DNA from: Azolla caroliniana
Taxonomy: Eukaryota > Plantae > Polypodiophyta
Reading direction: 5' to 3'
Length of the DNA stretch: 64,000 nucleotides
Assembly (NCBI GenBank): GCA_043228905.1
Contig: JBHGNT010000001.1
Coordinates: 14,880,001-14,944,000 of the forward strand
A model generated the notes under the pieces. That model did no database searches, was not told the DNA's origin, and saw nothing but the letters and a program-made list of their open reading frames with translations. The translations under genes and the position numbers were made by a program. This document shows, piece by piece, positions 13,211 to 24,100 of the stretch. The first letter of the stretch is position 1. Each line of letters opens with the position of its first letter.

Positions 13211-16200
13211 TGAGAGCAGAGAAACACAGACAGAAGACAGACAAGAGATTAGTGGAGGAAAAACAATAATAGGTAATACTTTATTTGAATAGATTTCTTC
13301 TTTTTGTTTTTTGTTTTTTGTTTTTTGCGTTTTTGCGTTTTTCGTTTAGCGTTCATCCACCAGGGAAAACGGTAAAATAAAATCTGTTTAAACCTAATTA
13401 ATTAATTAAAAGAAAATATTTATACACCACAATACATACATACATATATATCTATTTTTTTATGTTTATTTGGATCAATTTTGTGTTTGTTGTGTTTTCT
13501 TTTTCATCCCATCCCAAAGGGAACGAAAACTCCCAACACAAAACATATTTACAAAAATAGCCCCTTTCACCAAACTCACTCTCACTCACTTCTCCGCTCT
13601 TTTCTTTGCTTTTGCTCTGCGCTCGGAAAAAAACCTCAGAAGAATTCGTGCGCTTGATGCATGTCAATCGTAGCCACCCACCCAAACCTACCCTTCAGTG
13701 CGCCCCTTGACACGCGCCCCGCATCCCGTCCGTCCCATCGTGATATGGTCTCATATCGGAGGATGATGCCTTGGTCGTCCCGACTCCCAATGCTCGGTTG
13801 AACTAGAAGACAAAGCCCTAGGGAAAAACCACACACATCTTCAAGGTTCGGCTCTCATGTGGCACGGAGTGAAGTTGTAGAAATCTGCTCAGATGTTGGA
13901 GATGGGGAGCCATCCCAAATCCTCCCTCCCTTGTTGCAAATCCGAACACATACATACACATGCCTAGTGTAAAGTGAATCGCCCCTTGGATTTTTGTGCT
14001 CTGCAAACTTCCTAAGTAAGGCTAGCCACTTGTTTGAGGGTTTTAGTTGTCAATGGTCATAAAGATGCTCACGGTTGTGGCTCATGTCTCAAGTTTTTGT
14101 ACTTGTATATATTCTACTTTTAAAGGAAAGTGAAAAACAATTGCTCCAGAATGGAGACTAGCTAGTGGGGTCATGCATTCAACCCCTACCTTCAACAATG
14201 TCATCCAAAGTAAAGTTGTACAATTATTGCTACTTGAATTTTAACACTCTCAAATTCGTAAAGCAACATTGCATTCAAGATTATTTTGGGGAACTCAATT
14301 TCTCTTGAGTTGTCTAGGAGTTGAATAGGAAAATAATCGAATAATTATTTTACATGAACGCTTCTTATGAAATGACTTCGTTTCTCTCACATCGGCATAA
14401 TTCGATTGAGAAACACGCTCAAAACATTTTGAATGGTTATGAACTGCGTTAAAGAATTATTAAGTTTTATACTGGTTGTACGTCAATAACGGTGGGACGA
14501 GCAATGCTTTTTTAAATCAACCTATCCATTTATATGAGACATCTAGGTTTCTATCCTTACAAAGGTTTGTACACATTCCTTCCATCTCAAACCAACTCCA
14601 CACCCTTGTTATCCACTCATGGATCCAATGTGAACTATATAAAACAGTTTACTCTTCCCAAAGGAGCATTGACAATAATTAGATTTGTTCGCTTCGTAAA
14701 TGTAAAAGGAATATAACTCACATACAACATTCATAAGCAAGCTTGGATATTGAAAGTTGTCATGATTGGCATCGATGACAAGAGAATAAACGGAGATTGG
14801 TTTACACGCACCATTTAACACAAAATCTATGTATGTGTAATCTATGCGTTGGTTTTTCCGTATGCTATATGTAATAAGCATTATTATGTTTCATGACAAT
14901 TCCTAAAGAGAAGGGACCTACACCTAGTGAATTAATGAGACATTATGTGGGAATGCACAATGTGAAAACATTGCCTTTGTAATAAAAAAAGAGCCTTTAG
15001 ATTTCCTTGGGTTATGGATACATTGTTACCATTAAGAAATTCCAAAACTTCATATACATTGTGACATCTAGGTCATGTGTTCAAATCTTCTCCAATGGGT
15101 TTGATACTAAGTTCATTAATAGAAAATTTGTCAGTAGTAAGTCTCTACAATTTATGTTTTTGTTGCTAACAAATGGCTTCATGGCATTTAGATCAACACA
15201 TTTTCTATGATAAAAATAGTGATAGCAAGAGTATTCCCCCTATTAAAAGATAATCTTATTAAGTAACGAATACTTATGGTTGACAAAGAACAAATATTGA
15301 ACTTAGAAACTAGGAAGATTATGTTTTCACACATTTAGGTGCCCTGATTAACGCACATGGATATCAAACCCAAGGAACATATCAAATTCAAGTTATGGTT
15401 TACCACAAAATATGAATAGATCATTAAATACACACGACGCACACCAAATCGTGAAACTTAAATAGACAGATTATGGTTCCTAATAAAATATATTGTTGAC
15501 TCCAATGAAATGGCGTCTTGCCCCAATAATTAGGATTCAAATCCATGAAATACAATTCGTCATACAAAGTCATGTTGGTGTGTATGGCATGGTGATGATA
15601 GAAAACAACAAGATGAAAATCGTGCGGTAGAATGAATGACAATGGTTTTTGCACAAACTTCATTCATAAAAATAAACCACATAAGTCTTTGTATCCCAAA
15701 TAAGAAGTTTTCTAAGAAAGGGGCATGGATTAATATAAAAACGATCTTAGAAATGTTTTGAATATCACATATTAATCTAGAGAGAAGGGAGGATGGTTAG
15801 ACAAATTTAGTGTTCAAGTAGACATATTATATGCCAAAGCCCAAAAAGTTGTTATATGTTACATATTATTGCTACAAAATTTTAAGCTTACAATATCCAA
15901 ACTCTAAATCTAAATATACATATGGAGATGATAGTAGTAAATATATAGGCTACACAATATTCATCTTGCAAGTTCAAGTTTTGAAAAATGTGTTTGATGT
16001 GGGGTTCATTTTAAAAGCTCTTCACTTACAGTTGAGTTCATGCAGCTAGTTAACTACTTCTAGATCAAGGATTTATGGAACTAATTTCAACTTCCACAAC
16101 CAAGGCATTAACATTGCCCCTTTCAAAGGCAGCATTAATGAATACGAAAACGTCAAAATTGCTCCTATAATGCATAACGATTGACTCTAGACATCATAGT

Positions 16201-16659
16201 TCAATTATTGTAAGCATATACCTTTGGTCAAATTGCTCGATGGTTTTTTACTTATCTTATTATAGCTTTGTGTAGTGAATAACTTTAGAGAATTTTATTA
16301 TCAAAACTATTTCAATGCGACAAAAGCTTTACATATGAATGACTTAGATAAAAATAAAAATAAATGAATGATTCATTAGAGTGGGTAGTAACTTCAAAAA
16401 CCTAAAAACGATTAACATTTGCACATGCATATTAATTGATCCACGAATTAGTTAGAATGAAATAGATGTGTATATCAATCATTGGGAAGTTATCTTCCTC
16501 GTCAAGTTACAATAAAATAAAAACATAAATTGGGGAAAACTTTGATAGGGTATGTCTAATTAATGGATTTTGTTTTTACCAAATAAGAATATACTCCATT
16601 AGTTAAAATGTCAGTCAATACACAACTTTCATCCCTTTATCAAGTAATCATTACCTACT

Positions 16660-17830
16660 TCCATATGGGCGACATCACTTATTTATCTTACACTCTATAG
16701 CCCACATGTTTGTTCTCTATGTGTCTCATGTCATTCACGCTCCTCTTTCATCTAATGGGAGGGGGCAACAACCATTTGGGTACTACGTATTGCCAACGTA
16801 TATCCATTCCAGTTTTTGCAGCCATCGGTGTAGTATACCATCATTTTCTAAAATTTAGTCTCATTAGTTCTGAAGCATCATCTGTTCCATTAATCCAAGG
16901 TTGCTCACATATTGCCATCCCATGCTCTATTTTCTAGTAGCATGCCTCATTAGATAGGATGCTTTTGTCTATAAGTCTTGTCCATTCAATTTTAGAGGGA
17001 CTTATAGCTTCATCTTCCAAGGTTTTCCTGCTGCATGCAATGGCATCTGTAATTCTCATTAGCATGCTTTTACCCCTATTTATCCTCCATATTCTAGCCT
17101 TTTGAGTGCTCACATCATTAGATAGAAATCTCTTCTAGTCCGCCAATGCATTCCCTTGGGCATCGATTAAGTTGGCCCATTTGAAACCTGCTTTTTGTCC
17201 TATCATCAACCCATCCACATCTCTGATCAGTGGGTTTCAAACAATAAGCATGTACATTCGGGCATATGCATCATTTCTCCACCTACAAACGATTCCCTTT
17301 TTAATTCCTTGCCACGCCTTCATAATTCCAACAACACATATACTTTGCGTACATCCCCAGTATTTGGGTCACATTTCTGGTACAAAACCCCAAAAAGAGC
17401 TACTTGGCCAACTTCCACCTTGTCTTGGCAACCACATCTTTCATCTGTGTCTCAAAAGAATTCTCCAAGGTGCCTCAAGTGGTTGCAAGCTCTAGACCAC
17501 CAATTTGCCTAGCAAGGCCTTCATTTGCACCACGAGATCTATTAGTACCACATCACCTTCACTTTTTTCTTTTATATGTGTGGTCCATGCAACCTTTGCG
17601 CAAGCATGTTTTTCCTCTGTACCACTTCTTGTTCCTCCTCCCATGCTGAATACTCCCAGAAAGTTATCACATTGTCAACAATGCTCCAGTTTTCTAGGAA
17701 GCCAGTTTGTGTTGTATGTATAATGTCCCCTAGTACCATTTTCAATCGACTACTTACAACTTTAGCGGTAGAGTTAATATTATCCCAAATACGAGGGGCA
17801 ATTTGATGTCCTAAGTTAATATTAGGGACC
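16660..17830 (-). mobile_element. Degraded L1/Tx1-type LINE ORF2 fragment
   Basis: AKVVSSRLKMVLGDIIHTTQTGFLENWSIVDNV (ORF 17572-17832) matches the LINE RT N-terminal RL..V...IH..QTGF...SI.DN signature. Boundaries approximate. Confidence 0.7.
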
Positions 17831-18337
17831 ATCTTTAATCACAAGCAATTTACCCTAAATTTTTTATGCAAGGAGGAGTTTACTATCATTACTTGTGATG
17901 AATTTGACTAAATCAAGGACAAATAGATGAACTTGTTGCACTAACAACAAAGTAAATGTTGTAATGTGCAAGAAGCTTTCATGATAACTTAAAATTCAAT
18001 GTTATGATTAAGATCCATTGGTCTAAAATTGTTGGCATGTTCAAGTCTGGTGAGATATCCATCTTTGTATTTTCTAGAGGGAGCCACTTATGAAGCCCCC
18101 CCTTCGAAGGTGAAAACAGAAAGCTTTTATGTGGGATCTACAATTTAAAGAAAAGTTTCACTATGTGTAAGATTATCAATCCAAGTCTTTATGTTTCTTA
18201 AACTAGCCACAATTATGAGAGGTAGAAAACAACATTATCCTGTTAACTTATAATAAATTGAAAGACTAAAACAATGTTTTTGGAATAGAAATAGAAAATC
18301 GTGATTCATATTTGTAAGAGAATTATGTAGTAGCAAA

Positions 18338-18683
18338 TAGGAGTTGGGAATGGCTTAGATCATGCCTGAAACGAATCGTTAAACCGTTTTAAACGGTTTG
18401 CTTTGGTTTGGTTCAGGCTTGAGCTTCTTAAACTGGTTTGAGCTTGGTTTGGGATGGCTCAAGCTGAACCAAACCATTTAGGGCTAAACCGGTTCCTAAA
18501 ACAATTAAGAATAATTAATTTAGGCTTAACCGGTTCCTAAACCGATTTTGCCAAAATGGTTAAGCTAGTTTTAAAGCCAATTCGATTCAAATTTGAAAAC
18601 TCCCAAATTGGTTAAGCCTTAACCGGTTTGGTTTGGACAATGCCAAACCAATTAAGCCAAAGCTGAATCATTGCCAATTCCTA
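18338..18683. mobile_element. hAT-type MITE (346 bp)
   Basis: 8-bp TSD GTAGCAAA at 18330-18337 and 18684-18691. Imperfect 16-bp TIR (TAGGAGTTGGGAATGG vs TAGGAATTGGCAATGA, 13/16). Interior packed with AAACC/GGTTT and AACCGGTT repeats. Confidence 0.85.
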
Positions 18684-19630
18684 GTAGCAAATGAGGAGAC
18701 AAGATTTATTAGCACTAAGCGATAAGGTTGTGAGAAAATAAGGAAAGGTAAAGAGTTCATGAGTTTCCAAAGTTACAAACGGTGAGAAGACATTTAAGGC
18801 GAGTTACAAAAGGTGAGATGAGATCATCAAAAGAAAAAGTGAAATATTGATGGGATGACATAAGAGAGCATCTCTCTTAGTTGCGATGGATGACAAAGGG
18901 ACATCCTCATGTGATGTGAGAGGGATGGGATGGGGTACATGCAAAAAAGAATGATCGGGATTGGCTTCTTTTAGGTAGGCCTATACCTTGAGACTTGACA
19001 AGAGATTACATGTTGAAGCACAATGCTAAATAAAGCATCACAATTGTACATCATATAAGATTTCTTGACAAATTTTTAACTCATTGGATTCTATATAAAC
19101 ATAATAGAATAGTGGTAAATTTTTCAGAGTTAAGGTTGTGGGTCCAAGTTCCAAACAAAGTGTCGGTGTTGTGCTCATTATGAAAGTTCTTCATGATTTT
19201 AACTTCAAATAATGCACAGTGGAACTTCGTTCCAAAAAGACGGCTTTACAAAATTGTAATACAATATAAAGGGTGAAAATGATAGCATTGGCTTTTAAAA
19301 GGAAATCCAGCAAACAACACATGGTGTTGTAGAGTGACAACCTTATTTACACAATTCACTTTACAAACATGTATTTGATGTTGCAAACATAAAAATCAAG
19401 TGTTAGGGAATAGGATGTGATGAAAATGAAGTAACTTGAAATTTGAGACAACGTAATGTGAACCCACCAAGATTATGAATATGGTCTTGTAGGTTTGACG
19501 ATATTCTTTAAGTCGTGCACTTATAGTAGTGCTTTGTAGAGAGAGAATTAGAATTTTTATCGTCCATAAAGAGGTCAATTTTGACCTATGGAACTAGAGT
19601 ATACATGTAATCTTGACATGCTTCTCCTTC

Positions 19631-20770
19631 CTAAGAAGGGGTATTCATACATTGAAGCACAAAGTCTCTATGTGTGAATAAAGCATACACATATGAGCTC
19701 AACCTTCTCGGTGGTGTCTTAAGTATGGCAGTTAAGTTACCACTCCCTCTTAGTATGTCAGCATATCTTGAACAAATTGCACTATATGTCGAGCATGTGA
19801 AGAGCAAGTGATGTTCATCCTCTACCATGCCTTCATTGCATACTTTGCATGTCTTCAAGTTAGTTACATTTTGATACCATGATGCAACTTCAATACCTAA
19901 CTTGTGAGATCAAGTGCGAAGTAGTGTAAGGGCTCTATGAGCATTACTACTCATATTGGTGATGAGATAAGGTTGGATATAATCAATAGGCATTCTTGCT
20001 TTATATTGAGACCAACATTCAGGGTTGACATTCGCAATGTAGTATTCTAGCTTTGTCCTCTTAGCATCTTCCCATTTCATCCTTAATAATTCCACCAACC
20101 TTTCCTCAATCATTACATACTGCATAACATTCCTTGAAACCCCATCTTCTAAACCATTTCCTTATGTCAACAACCCAACCGGATGAGAGAATCTTACTTT
20201 TATGTTTCTTTTGTAGCTTACATCCAACATTCCAAGCAAGATGTCGCAATCGATGATTCAACATATTCTTGACTTTTGTAATATATTTATATACTCTTTG
20301 GAGTGCCAATAGTTCTATGGGTCGAACACCCATTTCCAAGAGCATAACCTAGTAAGAGGTAGTGCATTTAACTCCTAATTGCCTCCTTAAAGACATCTTT
20401 TGAATTTTCTCAATCTCATTCCATGCATTAAGAGAGATGGTGCCACCCCATACTTCTACTCCATAAAGCAATACTTGAGTTACCATGGCATTGAACAACA
20501 TTAGTTTTACTTCCCATCCACAAGTATCACTTTGGTTGCATTGGTTCTCCAAAAGGTAATATGATTTCCAACCGACTTGGAGCCTAGAATCAAAACATGC
20601 ACTCCATTTATTTGTGGCGGGTACATCAATACCAAGATATTTAAAACTTCGAACAAACTATATATGTTCACCTCTATATGTGAGCATAGGGTAATGATGA
20701 GATTGGATGGTTTGCACTACCACCATTTTTGTTTTCTCCACATTCACTGCTATGGCAAAATTCTTCTAGT
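19631..20770 (-). mobile_element. Non-LTR retrotransposon (RTE/RTEX-like) 3' fragment
   Basis: FKYLG near 20630-20650, KLMLFNAMV..VLLYGVEVWG, LLEMGVRP, and a C-terminal CKVC...EDEHHLLFTC (CCHC) domain. Frameshifted. Confidence 0.75.
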
Positions 20771-21160
20771 ACCCCAAGTAAATTTTGCATACTATCAACA
20801 TCATATGAAAAGAGTACCACATCATCTGCATATAGAAGCAATAAGATAGGAGATAAGAAGAAAAGTAGAATATTAACAATGTTGTGATGGGAGACGGTTA
20901 GTGGCAGAGCAAATACAACATCATAGTGTTGTAGAACAATAAGTTGGTGGAAACAAGATCAACAAGTTGAACAGATCAAACAAAAAGCAACTTAAGCAAA
21001 GTTCAGAGATCAAGATGGAGATCAACAAAAGGAGACAGAGATTAGACATAGAGAGGCACAAACAGAGTAACTGTATTATTCAAGAAGTTACATTACAAGA
21101 ATGACACTATTAACAACCCCCTTCCCGAATTAGGTTACAAGTTCAATTTATATATGAACC

Positions 21161-24100
21161 TGTTGAGAGACAAGCTCAACATCGGCCGGATCGGCTGAAG
21201 AAGCCGAGGACTGGATCGGTTGGGACCGATCGGTTAGGCCGAATAGGTAAACCGGTACGCAGACCGGTGCGTAGGTAGGGACGGATCGGTGCGTAAACCG
21301 GGAGGCCGTTAGGAAAGATATTCCGTGAGGAATATATTTGGGAGTTAGTGTAGGAGCTCTTAATGAGCATTGAAGTACTGTCAGTACTTCTGTCAATCCT
21401 TCTAGGACTTGTATAAAAGTGTTCATTGAACACACATATGTATAGAGTAGTGAATAGAGATTGAGTACTTTTTGTTGAATATAGTTATTGTCTTCTCTCT
21501 GTCTCTGTCTCTGTCTCTCCCGCGTATACTGCGTAAGCTCAAGCTCTCCATTAAACCTGAGTTTTCTACCTTTTGTTCGGTCTTCATACTTGCTTCCGCA
21601 CGCTACTTTCTACATGGTATTAGAGCGCGAGGGTTGAGAACCTCTCTACAGCCGACACAGCTTGACGAAGAAGAATAAGAAGAACGATGGATAGAGGCAT
21701 GGCGAGCTCGCTTCCAACAGAGAAGCTTGACAGAACCAACTACGCGTCTTGGTCCTACAAGATGCACCAGTACCTGCTCGGGCACGACTACTGGAGTTAT
21801 GTCGAAGGAGCTAATGACGCGGCACCCGAATCGACACACAGAGACTTCCCGTCGTGGGAGCAATCGGCGAGCAGGGTATTATACTGCTTCGCATCGTGTG
21901 TGGGCGAACAACTATTGAGCTATGTTCGAGATGCAAAGACGCCGAAGGGTGCGTGGGAAAATCTGAAGAAGATTTTCGCCGCGAGCACCACAGCCAGGAA
22001 GCTTCAGTTCCGACAGGAGTTGAGCAACCTACGACAACGTGACTTGTCGGTGGCAGACTATACCTCGAAGATCAAGGATATCTGCGACTCCCTCACCTCC
22101 ATAGAGGTGAACATCGAGGAGAGAGAGATGGTCCAGATCTGTCTCGGAGGTTTGGCGTCGAAGTTCGGAGCGTTGTGAACGGCTGTGTGTACCCGGGAGA
22201 ATACGCCGTCCTTTTTCAACTTACAGTCAATGCTCCTGGTAGAGGAGAACCACGCGGGTGTGTCTACAAGCACGCACACCGATAGCAGAATGCTGTACAC
22301 GGAGGGAGATAGGCCCTGTGGACGTGGAGGACGAGGCGAGTTGGCGTGCAATGGAGGCAGCCGACGAGATCAAGAAAGAAGGCACCAAAGTGATGCTGAC
22401 AGCAACTCCGAACCCTCCGGAAACAGGGGGAGTCGAAGCGATGAGAACCGGCAAGGGAAGGCCATCGCAGAGTGCTAGTACTGTGGCAAGAAAGGCCACA
22501 AGGAAAGTGAGTGCTGGAAGAAGGGTGCCGATTCGGAGAGAACCGGTTCCGGAAACGGCTCCGGACATACCGACAAGGGAAATCGGCAGCGATCGCACTA
22601 CGCCGAAGACTCCGGGAGAGCCGGAGAAGGGTCTGCCTTCGTGACGAGACACGAAGCAAACTCAATGAAACAGACCACCCCGAGATTGGACGAGGTGTGG
22701 TACGTAGACTCCGGCGCGTCAAACCACATGATGAGCCATAAGGAGTGGTTCTCGTACCTTGAAAAACCGATACAACTTGGAGTAGTCGCAACTGGAGACG
22801 ACACTCCGCATCCGATCGCGAATGTCGGAGAAGTTCCCCTTAGCCATGTCGGGCAGAAAGGGAAACTCATGAACGTGCTGCGCGTTCCGAAAATCACGGA
22901 AAACTTGGTCTCGGTCGGACAGATCGTCGACCAAGGGATGGAGGTTCGGTTTACACACCTCGGGTGCTTCATTGAGGAAGAAGGCCGTGTAATTCTGCAA
23001 GGGCGCAGAGACGGGAGGATGTTCATCCTCGACTCCACTGAATGCGGCACCGCAATGTTTGCGAAGGGACAAAAATCCGAGTCGGACATCGACTTGTGGC
23101 ACAAGCGGATAGGCCACGTCAACTACCAGCGGCTTCAAGATCTGCAATCGAAACAGGTAGTGTTTGGATTGCCCAAATTTAGTGGCCGAAAGGCACAAAT
23201 TTGTGAAGCCTGCCAACTCGGGAAGCAACACCGACTTCCTTTCCCCAACGAGCGAAACCGGAGCCGGAACAAGCTCGACCTTATACACTCCGATGTATGG
23301 GGGCCGACACAAAACGTTAGTCTTGGCGGGAGCCGATATTTCGTCCACACGCGGCACACGTGGGTCTACCTCATTGAGAGGAAGAGCGAAGTCTTCGACT
23401 GTTTTCGGGACCTCAAAGGGTTCGTGGAAACGGAAACAGGTTGAAAGATCAAGTGCCTGCGGTCGGATGGTGGGAAAGAGTACTTTTACGGTCAATTCAA
23501 TGGTTATCTACAACAAATGGGAATTCGCCGCGAATTCAGTTGTAGATACACGCCGGAGCAGAACGGCGTGGCCGAGAGGATGAATCGGTCAGTTGTGGAA
23601 GCGGCACGGGCAATGCTGGAGGAGAAGAGCTTGCCCAAGTTCTACTGGGCTGAGGCGGTAAGGACCGCGGTAAAGTGTCGGTGCACGAGCTATATATCGG
23701 AACGAAGCCGAACTTGCGACACTTGAGGGTGTTCGGTAGCATTGCGTATGTGCATGTACCAAAGGAGAAAAGGAGGAAGCTGGACACAAAGGCCGAGAAA
23801 AGCATCTTGGTCGGTTAGGACGAGCAGAAGGGTTATAAGTGCTATAACCCTCGCACCAAACAAGCGCGTGTTAGCCGCGACAGTGTGGTTGACGAGTCCG
23901 CGTCCTGGTACCAGCCCCCTACTCCGAACCTCGACTCCAATCCGAGCTCTGACGATGAGGTCAGCGAGGCCGAGATGCATCCGGATGAGCCCGAAATCGA
24001 GACCCGCGAAGAGAGTCCGATTTCACTCCGTTTAAGTGGACCGATTGGACGACTGAGTCGGTACGACCGGTCCGATCAAGAGCCGGCGAGTAGTGGAGAC

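Noticed and set aside
14400-16600. Short ORFs in AT-rich DNA (also 29000-31100 and 61850-62200)
   Set aside because: Probably very old transposon debris, but no motif could be identified with confidence.
22719-23495. Long antisense ORFs in family A (also 59520-60311 and others)
   Set aside because: Expected opposite GC-rich pol sequence; their recurrence reflects high nucleotide identity between copies, not independent conservation.
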